From positions 4,900,001 through 4,964,000 of the forward strand of contig CM052817.1 in the NCBI GenBank assembly GCA_028534125.1: a DNA stretch of 64,000 nucleotides, given 5' to 3'. This DNA comes from Lama glama. Lineage: Eukaryota. Under the pieces are notes generated by a model. That model saw only the letters and a list, made by a program, of their open reading frames with translations. It ran no database searches and had not been told where the DNA came from. Made by a program: the position numbers and the translations under genes. Positions 27,309 to 39,090 of the stretch are shown here, one piece after another; position 1 is the stretch's first letter, and each line of letters begins with the position of its first letter.

Positions 27309-28156
27309 CTAAGATCACATTTTTAAGGGGGAAAAAACACGCTGACAAGTCAAATGTTTCTGAACATTCAAACTTATAAACATAAAATTGAATCCCCGCT
27401 TAATTCCAAAATGGATTTGTTGCAGTCTGGGCACTCAGTTGGTTATTTGCTATTAATCAATTTTTTTTCACGCTATGGATTCACATGCAGATGTGAAAGT
27501 CGGAAACGTGGAACGAGACGGCTAATAATATGCTTGCGTGTGGAAATGATCACCATGGCATAATACAGTAGTGCTGGGTCTGGAATTATCATTTGTGCAA
27601 CTCTTGCTCAATTTTATCCAGAATCTTCCTTTGAGGGACATAAAGAGCTATTATCACATAACTGTGCCACTTTCTGCTATTTCATGTGCAGACTGCCTCT
27701 GGCTATTCCATGAATTTTAATTAACTCCCTGTTTATTTTGTTTCAACCCTATGGCTCTCTAAGCAGAGGGCCCATTGGCTAATTCAAGAAAGACATTTGA
27801 AGCCAAGTTCTGAGAAACTTCTCCCAGAGGTAGCCTCCTCCTTCCCTTGAAAATAATTAAGCCCTGTCGACATCAAAGTTAACTCAGAGCAGAGCACTCC
27901 AGCCCGGTCTCTCTGCAGGCGCAGACGCAACATGCCCCCTGGCTCCACCATCCAGGGGGTCAAGAGGAACCTGTGGAGGATGGAAAGTGACGCTGGAGAG
28001 GGAGGTGGTAACTGAAGAGGCATTTGTCAAAAATGAAATTTTGTAGCAGGGGAGACGGAGAAATTCTTCTCAGGATCTTAACCCAGAGGCAGTCAGTATA
28101 AACCAGTCAACTAAATATTATCCGTTGATTAGCTAATTGTCAAGTTCTTCATTCAT

Positions 28157-28670
28157 TTATATAATATTCATTTATTTATATTATATATAGCACATATGCC
28201 ATATGCATCATATATACATGTGCATATATAAATATATGTGAATTTATATACACACACTGCTCAGTGGGTATGCATTTATATGCATATATGTATATATGTA
28301 TAAGCATATATATGTGGAGATTTACACACACACACTGTTTTGTGGACTTACATATATACATATACATATATGAGTGTGTATATGTATTTGTATACCATAT
28401 GTGTGTGGTGGATATATGTATACATGCCTATATACATAAAATGCATAGTGGCTGTATATATCTGTATATACATACACGTGTGTTTATGTCTGCTTATGTG
28501 TGTATATGCATATATACATGTACACGTGTCTATGCACATACATGTGTGCTCATATACACTTAGTGTGTGCACGCATATCTATACACTGCTTAGTAAGCTT
28601 GTATATGTTCATGCATTATGCATACATGTGTGTAAATACACATGTGTGTATGTATTAGCCCTTATACATA
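28157..28670. repeat. Long degenerate alternating purine-pyrimidine (TA/TG/CA) repeat
   Basis: About 500 bp of tatatgcatatatgtgtg-type sequence. Confidence 0.9.
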
Positions 28671-28675
28671 CAGAG

Positions 28676-29150
28676 TTGCTTAGTAGGTGCTCAGGATACA
28701 ACTGAGAACAGTGAGGAAACACTGCTGCCTCACAGACCGTGTGTTCTGGTGTGTGAGCCCAACAACCAAGAGGACAAATGAACAAGCATCTAATGGAGCT
28801 ACGGGTAGTGACGGGTGCTCTGAAGAAAAAGGGACCAGAAAGGGCAGAAGGATATGAAACACCTGGGGTGGGTCAAGTGGCGTTCAGGGAGGGCGCACGG
28901 AGGGGACGCTGGAGCAGAGTTCTGTATGGTGCGAGTGACCCCGGCAAAGGTCTGGGGGAAGGCGATTAAGGTGGAGGACACAGCAAACGTAAAGGTTCTG
29001 AGTTAGAAATGAGTTCAGCGTGTTCCAGAGAGGGCTGAACAGGATGAGCAGGAGGACGGAGTGGGGAGAGGGGTGTCAGGAAAACGGGCGTGAGCCAGAC
29101 TGCAGGGCCCTGCGCGCTGGCTCGAACAGGTGGGCGCTCATTCTGAACAG
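28676..29150 (-). mobile_element. L2 LINE fragment
   Basis: gtgctcaggatacaactgagaac...acagcaaacgtaaaggttctgagttagaaatgagttcagcgtgttcc. Confidence 0.55.
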
Positions 29151-29624
29151 GAGGGAAGTGCTGGACATGTGAAGCGGCAGCAGCCCCATGACTGGATTCA
29201 CACTTCGTCTCATCGCCGGCTGCCACGCAGACCCGGGCTTTCTCTGCTTTCCCTCACTCACCCACTCCCTAGGCAGCCTTTACTGAGCTTTTACCACGTG
29301 CTGAGCACTGAGCCAGGTGCTGATGAACGTGACCCGTCCCAGCCTTTCAGGAATCTCACAGTCTGATGGTGGAGGCAGACGAGCACCCTGAAGACCACCC
29401 TTCTGCCAGATGTGCTGTGGGAGATGGCCAGACAAGCTAAGAGGGCCAAGTCTTCCCCCAGCATCCCTCCAGGTGCTTGCCCAAAACTTCCCAGAACCTA
29501 CAACGTCACCCAGGGCCAAGAAGACACTGGAGGCATTTGAAAAATGTTAACCATATGCCAACTCTGGTGCTGGGGGCTGCATGGTCTCTGCCCCTTATTT
29601 TCACAGTAATCCTTTAAGATCAGT

Positions 29625-30208
29625 CTGTGCATTCTTTTTTAAAAAGTCTTGATTTGCTTTCATTCTGGAAGGGTACTTTCGTTCGGTGTAGAGTTCTAGG
29701 TTGATAGCTCTCTTTCATCACTGGAAAGGTGTTGCTCCATTGTCTTCGGGCTTGCATGGTTTCCTTTTCCTAACACCATGTGTCCTTTTGTTCTCTGGTT
29801 GCTTTGAAGATGTTCTCTCAATGGCTTTAAGCAATTTGATGATGCTGTTCTTGGATGATGTTTTCTTTGTGTTTCTCTTGCTTGGGGTTGACTTGAACTT
29901 CTTGTATTTGATTTTATCATTTTCACCAATTTTTAAAAGAAATTTCAACCATTATTTCTCCAAATACATTTTCTATCCCCCTCCCTCCTTCTGGGCCTCC
30001 AATTCCACACATGGTAAACCAATGCATAGTGTCCCGTAAGTTGCTGAGGCTCTGTTCATTTTTCCCCCTGTGTTTGTTTTGTGTAGTTTCTACTGCTCTG
30101 TCTTCAAGTTCACTAACCTTTTCTTCTGCACTGTCTAATCTGCAGTTAAACCCCTCCAATGAATTTTTCATTTTGTATATTGTAGTTTTCACTTCTAGTA
30201 GGTCTATC
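29625..30208 (-). mobile_element. Ancient L1 (L1M) ORF1 region
   Basis: Minus-strand peptide LEVKTTIYKMKNSLEGFNCRLDSAEEKVSELEDR is an ORF1p coiled coil. Confidence 0.8.
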
Positions 30209-30209
30209 T

Positions 30210-30450
30210 GAGTGGTTAGCACAGGGGAAGAAGGTGAGGGTGAGAGACACAAAGGGGAAAGGGGATTAACAGGTACAAACTACTAGGTATAAAATAAGTA
30301 AGATACAGGGATGTAATGTACAGTACAGGGACTATAACCAATACTTTGTAATAACTTTAAAAGATGTGTAATCTATAAAAATGTTGAATCACTATTCTGT
30401 ACACCTGAAACCAACATAACATTATAAAACACCTATACTTCAATAAAAAC
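30210..30450 (+). mobile_element. L1 3' UTR fragment
   Basis: aggtacaaactactaggtataaaataag...gtacacctgaaaccaacataac...tatacttcaataaaaac. Confidence 0.8.
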
Positions 30451-30459
30451 AAGTTAAGT

Positions 30460-30685
30460 AACTGAGTAAAATTGCAATGTCCAGTATCCAAACAAAATTA
30501 GTAGACACACAAAGAAGAAGTAAAATATGACCCGTAAGCATGAAAGAAATTAATGAAGAGAAACAGGCCCCGAAATGGCATGAAATTAGCACACAAGGAC
30601 TTTAAAGGAGTTGTTACTAATATGCTCTGTGTGTTCAAGGACTGAAAGGAAAACGTGAACATAATGAGGATAGAAATGGGTATTC
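30460..30685 (+). mobile_element. Ancient L1 (L1M) 5'/early ORF1 segment
   Basis: caatgtccagtatccaaacaaaattagtagacacacaaagaag...aattagcacacaaggactttaaag...aaggaaaacgtgaacataatgag. Confidence 0.65.
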
Positions 30686-31672
30686 TTGTTTTTCAGAAGA
30701 AGAAAAAGACGTTTGCAGAAGCTACATGATTGGTCCAAGACACATGGTTAGAAGCAACAGGACCAGAATCTGAGCCCAGACCTCCCCATCTTGAAAGCTT
30801 GTGTTCTTTCTTCTGTATTATGCTACTTCCCAAATCAAATGCACTGTGTCGCTGGACACTGATGGACACTCTCCTCTGGACGCTCATGGTTTCCTGCTGA
30901 TACACATGTGACCTAAAAACAGTTCAATCTAATTTCTGTATTTGGAGGGACAGGTGGAAACAAAACAGGCTGTGTGAGGCAGTGGGGACCTCTCCAGGCT
31001 TCTGTTCATCATACATAAAATGAGGATAATAATGCCCAGTACACTGAGCTTTTAGGAGGACAAAGATGCTAAGAGGGGTCTGGTATCCAGGACAATGACT
31101 GTGAGTTTCTGACTGGCCAGGACTCTCCTGGTTGCAAATACTGGGAGCCCAATGTGATCCTGCATAAGCAAATCAGGATGCCAGTCCCCGTAGCTGGTAT
31201 AGCTCATATAACTGGAAGAGAAGAAAGATGGAGGCACTGGTGGTACCTGCCCATGTCCCCTCTTGTACACCTCCACACACCTGAGGCTGCTTACTGTGGA
31301 CACCTGTGACTCTCTGCTGAGGGCCTTTTTCTGGCCTGAATGGGGCAGGCCCAAGTGCAGGAGGGGTAATGCTGCTTAAAGCAGCCCCCTAGCAATGCTG
31401 ACTCGGGAACTGTGCATAAAAACATCATCTCTGACCTTCAGCTGCCTTCAAGGCACCCTCCCTATGGAAGTCCCGCATGGAGGTGAGTCCAGATGCCTTC
31501 TGGTGAGTGGTTTTATCAAATGCCCATCGCTGGCTGCCTTCCTTTCTGTATTTCACTCCTTCTCTCTTGTAGGTGGATTCCTGGGATCAATTTTCCAAAA
31601 AAACTGCTTGCACTCAGTTCTTTCAATTTCAGCTCCTGGAGGAACCCAAGCTCAGACAGTGACCAGCAGTGC

Positions 31673-31804
31673 CAGGACTGGGGTCTGGCAAGTGAGGGGG
31701 CAAAATGTAAGGAAGCAATGGCGACCCTGCACTTGGAGGACCCTGGGAGCGATGCCTCCTTAAATTTTGCCCTCCAGGTGCCTCACCTGCTTACCCCAGT
31801 CCTG
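31673..31804. mobile_element. Palindromic MITE (MER53-like)
   Basis: Perfect 12-bp TIR caggactggggt/accccagtcctg, plus internal arms gggcaaaatgtaaggaagca/tgcctccttaaattttgccc. Confidence 0.75.
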
Positions 31805-32984
31805 ATCCTACCCAACAGGGCTCCATCCCTCCACCCACCTTTGACATCTGTTTCTGTTTCTTTACTTTGAGCCTCAAGAATATTCTTCCTTCTGCAGATG
31901 GACCTTCACCTTCACGAACTGCTGAAGAAAAGGGTCACCAACTCATGCAGACCTGTCTTCTTACAGGACATCATCCATGCGAGGAAGAGAAGAAGCCTTA
32001 GACCTCTGACTCCATGGAAGGCTTCTGAATGGCTGGGTTTGAATCACCAGTCAATTCTTGGTCCAAGCATTGGTCTAGCTGAATATGGTCCAAGTGGCTG
32101 GCACAGACATGTCACACGCCCATCTCAGAGAGTAAGTGGGGGACACGATGAATGCCCGTCCCCCGTGCCCACATGGGGTAGCGAGGGGTTTTCCAAAGGA
32201 AAGAGATGTTATTGTGATAAGAAAGGGCACCAAAAAGCATGCTGCAGAGTCAAAAACAGTAGCCACCACAGTCACGGTGATTCTCCATTCTCTCTTCTTT
32301 TTACAGGTGAGAAAACTAAGCTTCAGGGTGGTTAGTTCACTTTCCCAGGAATCCACAACTAACACATATCAGAGTCAGCCTGCTTCCCAAGTCCAAAGTG
32401 TTTCCACTGGATATGCAGAAATTAATCTGTTGTGCCTCAACTGTCCCAGAATTCAGTCATCAAAGGGTTATAAAAGTGTCCAGAAAATTCCTGCTAAAAT
32501 CAATTCACTGCCTGCAGCTGTTTACTTTGGTGCTGCCCTGGCTACGTGTAAGTTCTCCCAGCGTGAAAGTGAAATGAGGTTTCTGTGAATTCACACGTGC
32601 TTTTTCCTGATAACCAAGGCTGTTGTCATACCTGAACAATGAAAGGTCTTTCTTGAACACTCGTAATAAATGCCAGATATCAAACTTGACAAAGGCAGAC
32701 AGCAAAGCCAAAATAACCATTCAATATTAGGAGGGTGTCTTCCTCCATCCTAGTCCAGCCCAGCTCCATCCTGAGTTTCATAATAGTCGCATAGATTCAG
32801 CTACATTTATCATGAAAGGCAGAGAATATTTGGTATTCTGAACAGAACAAAGCTATGTTCGAGTGCCTTGAAGTAAACTAATCTCAGCCTGAATACTAGA
32901 TGTTTGTGTACGCTCTACATGACTTTGGGTGTCATCAAGAAATTGCTACAACCTAAGAGTGACTTAAAAATAGAGCCTCTAACT

Positions 32985-33432
32985 AAAAATAAACCCACCA
33001 TATGATCTAGCAATCCCACTCCTGAGTGTATATCCAGAGAAAAATATAACTCAAAAAAACACACGAACCCCAATGTTCACAGCAGCACTATTTACAATAG
33101 CCAAGATGTGGAAACAACCTAAATGTCCATCAACAGATGACTGGATAAAGAAGATGTGGTACATATATACAACAGAATACCACTCAGCCATAAAAAAGAA
33201 TAAAATAATGCCATTTGCAGCAACATGGATGGACCTGAGATCATCATTCTAAGTGAAGCCAGAAAGAGAAAGAAAAATATCATATGATATCACCTATATG
33301 TGGAATCTGAAAAAAAAGAGACACAAATGAATTTATCTACAAAACAGAAACAGACTTACAGACATAGAGAACAGACTTGTGGTTACCAGGGGTATGAGGG
33401 TGGGAAGGGGTAAGTTGGAAGTTTGAAATTTG
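32985..33432 (+). mobile_element. L1 3' fragment (ORF2 end and part of 3' UTR)
   Basis: ccatatgatctagcaatcccactcctgagt...ccatttgcagcaacatggatggacct. Confidence 0.88.
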
Positions 33433-33435
33433 CAC

Positions 33436-33575
33436 CTCTGGGGAGTGACGGAAATGTTAGGTATCTTTATTGTGGCAGTGGTTTCATAGGTGCATACATC
33501 TATCAAAGTTCATCAAACAGTACATCTGAAATATGTGTAGTTTACTGTACAGAAACTATACCAAAATAAAGTGGT
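33436..33575 (+). mobile_element. Ancient L1 (L1MC/ME-type) 3' end
   Basis: ggggagtgacggaaatgtt...catctatcaaagttcatcaaac...tataccaaaataaag. Confidence 0.65.
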
Positions 33576-34229
33576 TAAAAACACAGAGCCTCTAGAAAAC
33601 TTGCCCTCTTCAAAGCATTCATTACAAACAGAGCTCTAACACATGTATGCTCTGGACTACAGGTTCCGAGAGCCAAGCCAGCAGGCAAACAGCAGCAGGT
33701 GTGGGCAGAAAAGGAACATGAAACTTTCAAGGATGATGACAGGATACAATCAAATAATAACGCAGGAGGGCACATCCTAACGGGCTTGGTAGTATCCCAG
33801 GAAGGGGTGCAGAGGGTCAGGACCAAAATCATCATCATGAGGATAAAAGTGAAGAGCTTCTATGTGGTGTCAACTGTGCTGTGGATTAAAAGAGTTGCTT
33901 CAATTTTCCTTCTGCTATGAAATCGCTCGATATTTTCCTTCTGCTATGAAATTGCTCAACAGAAAACAAAGGATTAGCAGGATTTTAAAATAGTTGTTGT
34001 TGTTAAGTTCAGCCACTGTCCATGAGACTATAGGTAAACTTCCTAAATTCTCTGCGCCACAACTCCTCTTCTGAAAAATCTAGAGGAGGGAACCTCAAAA
34101 GTGGCACATACACTCTGCCCAAAGCTCTGGCTGTACGCAGACTGTAAGCGGTACAGCAAAAAACAAAGAAATGGACAGAGATTTTTGTGCCTGCCCGGGG
34201 AAGTGGAGCAGGTAGTGTAAATTCAACCA

Positions 34230-35880
34230 AGTTAACTGCTTGTTAAAACTATATTTTCAAAGAAATAAATACAACCCAAAGTCTATACAACATAACATTC
34301 ACAATATCCAGGATGCAACCCAGAACTACTCAACATATAAAGAACCAAGATAATGTGACCCATCCTCAGTGGAAGTGAATCTTAACGAGACCCAGATGTT
34401 GGAATTAAGGTAAAGGACATGAAAACAGCTCTTGTGTCCATGACTACACTGCATGGTATAAAGGGCAGTATGGTAGAAATAAATGAAAATACAGGGAATC
34501 TCAGCAAAGAGAGAAAACTATTCTTTTTAATTGAGAGTTTCCACCTAGACACATCACACTCAAACTGCTGAAAGTCAAAGATTAGAAGAATATCTTGAAA
34601 AGAGAGAGATGAAAATGACACATGAGTACCAGATAATAATTATTCAGTTTAACGACTTCTCATCAGAAAGAATGGAGGTCAGTTGACAATGGTACAAAAT
34701 ATTTAAAGCAATGAAGAAAAAACTATGACCCAATCATCTGTATCCAGTAGAAATATTCAAGAAAGAAGGTGAAATAGGCACATTACAGATAAGATAAAAT
34801 TAAGAGAATGAATTGACAGGAGACTTGCCCTAAAGGAAATTCTCCAGGATGGATGGAAAGGATACCAGAGGGAAATTCAGACCTTCGTGAAAGGTATGGG
34901 TAAATACCAAGGACTATTTTCCTCCTAATTTTTTTAAAAGCCAAAAAACTACACATATTTTAAACTACATATAAATTATACATACATACAATACATATAT
35001 AAAATATTTTATATTATCATTTATATTATTTTATTTTAAATATTTAACATTTTATGTATATATTATACATGTATGTGTTTATATATATTTAAAGCAAAAA
35101 ACTATAATACTGTAGTGGAGATTGATGATTTAAGAAGCTGTAATACACATGACAACTATAGTACAACGGCTGACAGGGGTGGTAAACAGGCCTATACAAT
35201 TGCCCAGGTTTTTACATTCTATATGAAGTACAAAATAATAACTCTAAGCAGACTGTGAAATAAATTGAGGATGTTTATCATAATCCCTAAAGCAACAATT
35301 TAAAAACATAATATAAGGAAGTGTAGCTATCAAGTCACTGATAAATTAAATGAGGATTCTAAATATTCAATTATCTAAAACAAAATAGGAAAAGAGAAAT
35401 AGAAAAACAAAAGAGAGAACAAATAAAACCATGCTAGACCTAAATGAAGCCATATCAGTAATTACATTGACTATGAACGGAATAAAAGGTAGAGATTGCC
35501 AGATAGATTTAAAGAGAAGCAAGACCTAATTGTGTGCTCTTCTCAAGAGATTTATGTCAATCATAAAAGCACAGATAGGACGAAAGAAAATGCGTGGAAA
35601 ATATATGCCATGTAGTTTGGAATGGCTATATTAATCTCAGAGGAAATAAGCTTCAGAAAGAGATTATTACCAGAGATAGAAAAGAACATTTCACAATAAG
35701 GTCAATTCATCACGAGGCCATAATGACCACAGATCTGTACGCACCTGACAACAGACCTTCAAAGTATAAGAAGCGAAACTGACAGAATTAAAGGAAGAAG
35801 AAACAACTGCACAATCAGAGTTGGAGCTTTTACACAACTGTCTCAGAAATGTATAAAAAAAACTAGATTGTTAAAATCAG
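34230..35880 (+). mobile_element. Ancient L1 (L1M) ORF1 / inter-ORF / ORF2 endonuclease remnant
   Basis: cacctagacacatcacactcaaactgctgaa, ttctcatcagaaagaatggagg, gcacctgacaacagaccttcaaagtataagaagcgaaactgacagaattaaagga. Confidence 0.75.
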
Positions 35881-35891
35881 GAAAGACAGAG

Positions 35892-36548
35892 ATCAAGATG
35901 GCAGTTCAAGATGGCAGCTTGGGGAGATCCTGAACTCACCTCCTTCTGTGGACACAGCAAATGTACAGCTACATGTGGAGACATTCCCTATGAAAAGGGC
36001 CTGAAAACTAGCTGAACAGATCCAGAAGACAGGTCACTGGAACTCAGTCAAACAGAGCAGCAAAAAGAAAAAAAAGAATTTCAAACAGTGAAGATAGCTT
36101 AAGGAACCTATGAGACAATATCCAGTGGAATGACATAGAGTTCCCAGGGAGAGTAGAGAGAGAAATGGGTAGATGACTTATTTGAAGGAATAATGGCTGA
36201 AAATTTCCCTAACCTGGAGAAGGAAACAGAGCACATTCAGGAAGCCCAGAGAGTTTTAAACAATATTAACCCAAACAGACCCACACCAAGACACATTATA
36301 ATTAAAATGTCAAAAGCTAAAGACAAAGTCATAAAGGCAACAAGGGGAAAACAACTTGTTCCGTACACAGGAACCCTCACGAAACTATCAGCAGATTTTT
36401 TAGCAGAAACTCTGAAAGCCAGAAGGGAGTGGCATGGTATATTCAAGGTGCTGAAATGTGGATAAAAAAACCAAGACCCATCTCTATGCTGCCTCCTACA
36501 GACTCATTTCAGATGTAAGAATACACACAGACTGAAAATGAAGGCATG
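35892..36548 (+). mobile_element. L1 5' part, internally deleted (5' UTR start, ORF1 C-half, ORF2 endonuclease start)
   Basis: caagatggc start; ORF 36193-36465 MAENFPNL...RPTPRHIIIKM...LSADFLAETLKARREW is ORF1p; then tggataaaaaaaccaagaccca...tgctgcc is ORF2 EN. Confidence 0.85.
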
Positions 36549-36720
36549 TACATACTTAGCCATTTGTCATCGCTTTCTGAGTAAGGAGGAGCAGACTGGG
36601 GCTTCACTGGGGAAAACCCTTTTCTCCTTCTAACAGTCCCTGCCACCTCCTCATTTTTTTCTATCGCCTTTAACTGAAAACAATCAAAGATCATGAAGAT
36701 TCACTTACCAAAATCAAATG
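36549..36720 (-). other. Non-L1 insert within L1; candidate rhabdovirus N-like endogenous viral fragment
   Basis: No recognisable L1 similarity between the EN and RT segments; minus frame reads FGK*IFMIFDCFQLKAIEK...SESDDKWLSMY. Confidence 0.35.
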
Positions 36721-39090
36721 TCAAAACTTCCAACAAAGTGAAGTCCAATAGAGCTGGCTTCACTGTATAATTTTACCAAACATGTAAGAAAGAATTAACG
36801 ACAATTTTCTCAAAGTCTTTTTGAAGAGGAGGAAGTATTTCCATTCGTTTTATGGGCCCTGCATTAACCTGATACCAAAGCCAGACAAAGACACCACAAG
36901 GGGAAAAAACAAAAACTACAAGCCAATATCCCTTGATTATGGATGCAAAATCTTCAAAAAAATACTACCAAATTGAATCCAATAACACATTTAAGGGATC
37001 ATAAGCCATAAGTAAGTGGGATTTTTCCCTAGAATGTAAGGATGGTTTAACACACGACAATCAATTAATATGACATACCAAATTAACAGAATAAAGGATA
37101 AAAATCATATGATTGTCTCAATAGAAGCAGAAAAAGCATTGGACAAAATTCAACACCCTTTCATTATTTAAAAAAAAAGCCCTCAGCAAGCCAAGAATAG
37201 AAGGAAATTAACTCAACACAATATAGGCCATATATGAAAAGCCCACAGCTAACATTATATTCAGTGGTGACAAATTAAAAGATTTTTCTCTAAGATCAGG
37301 AACAAAGCAAGAATGCCCATTCTGACCACTTCTATTCATCACAGACTGTAAATACTAACTAGAGTAATTAGCTAAGAAAAAGAAATAAAAGGCATCCAAA
37401 TCAGGGAGGAAGAAGTAAAATTGCCTCTGTTGCAAATGACATGATCTTGTATATAGAAAACCTTCAAGGCACTACCCAAACTGACCTACAGATTCTATGT
37501 AATCTCTAAAAAAATTCAAATTCTTTTTAAAAAAGAAATAGAAAAAATAATGCTAATTCACATGGAACCACAAAAGACCACAAATAGTCTAAGTGATCTT
37601 GTGCAAGAAGAATGAAACTGGTGGCATCACACTTCCTTACTTCAAATTATATTACAAAGTTAAAGTAATCGGAACAGTGTGGTCCAGGCATAAAGACTGA
37701 TAAATAGACCAATGGAAAGCCCAGAATAGAAAGCCCAGAAATAAATCCATGCACATATGCTCAGTTGATCTTTGACCAGAATGACAAAATAAACAATGGG
37801 GAAAGGGTAATCTTTTCAACAACTGTTGTAGGAAAATTGGATATCAACATGCAACAGAATGAAATGGATCCTTATTTCACACCACACACAAAAAAATCTA
37901 CTCAAAATGGATTAAAGACCTAAATATTAAGACCTGAAATTTACTGTAAACTGCTTAGAAGAAAAATAAAGAAAAAGCTTCATGACATTGGTCTTTGCAA
38001 TGATTTCAAAGATATGACACCAAAAGCCCAGGGAACAAAAATAAGTAAGTGAGGCTACCTCAAACTAAAAAGCTTCTGCACAGCAAATAATCAACAGAAT
38101 GCAAGGGCTACCTGTGGAGTGGGAGAAAATATTTGTAAACCACATATCTGACAAAAAGTTAATTTCCAAAATACGTAAGGAACTCCTACATTCAACAGCA
38201 CAAAAACAAACAAACAAAACCCCTAAATAGCCCGATTTTTAAATGGCTAAGCACTTAAATAGACATTTCTCCAAAGAAGATGTACAAATGGCTAACAGGT
38301 ATATGAAAATGTGCTCAACATCACTACTCATCAAATCAAAGTCACAGCAAAATACCACCTCATATCTGTCAGGATGACCACTATCAAAAAAACAAAAGAC
38401 AACAAATGTTGGCAAGGCTGTGGAGAATTTGGAGGCCTTGCACACTGTTAGTGGGAATATAAACTGGTGCAGCCACTGTGGGAAACAGTATGGAGAGTCC
38501 TCAAAAACTTACAAATAGAACCACCATGTGATATGATCCAGCAATCCCATTTCTGGGTTCATTCTCCAAAAGAATTGGATTCAAGGTCTCTAAGAGATAT
38601 TAGCACTCCTATGTTTGCTGCAGCACTATTCACAACAGCCAAGATGTGGTAACAACCTACGTGTCCACTGGCAGATGAATGGATCAAGAAAATGTGGTCT
38701 ACAGGTACAGTGGAATACTAGACAGCCTTAAAAAAGAAATTCTGCCATATGCCACAACATGGATAAATCTTGAGGACATGATGCTAAGTGAAATAAGCCA
38801 GTCACAAAAAGATAAATACTGCATGATTCCACATATATGAGGTTATCTGAAATAGTCAAATTCATAGAACCAAAGAGTAGAATGGTGGTTGCCAAAGGAC
38901 TAAGGGTGGGGGGGAACTGGGGAGCTGCTAACTAATGGGTATCATTTCAGTCAAGCAAGATGTCTAAGCTCTAAAGATCTGCTGTACAAAGTTATATCGA
39001 TCTATAGTCAATAATAATACGTATCAATTAAAAATTTAAACAAGTAGACAGTGTGTTAAGTATTCCTTCCACGATCATTTTTTTTTAAAA
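36721..39090 (+). mobile_element. L1 ORF2 RT to 3' UTR (old L1MA-type), degenerate
   Basis: ggcttcactg...ttttaccaaaca, gcagaaaaagcattggacaaaattcaacaccc, gcaaatgacatgatcttgtat (FADD region), [10 protein letters not shown]1MA-type 3' UTR. Confidence 0.9.
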
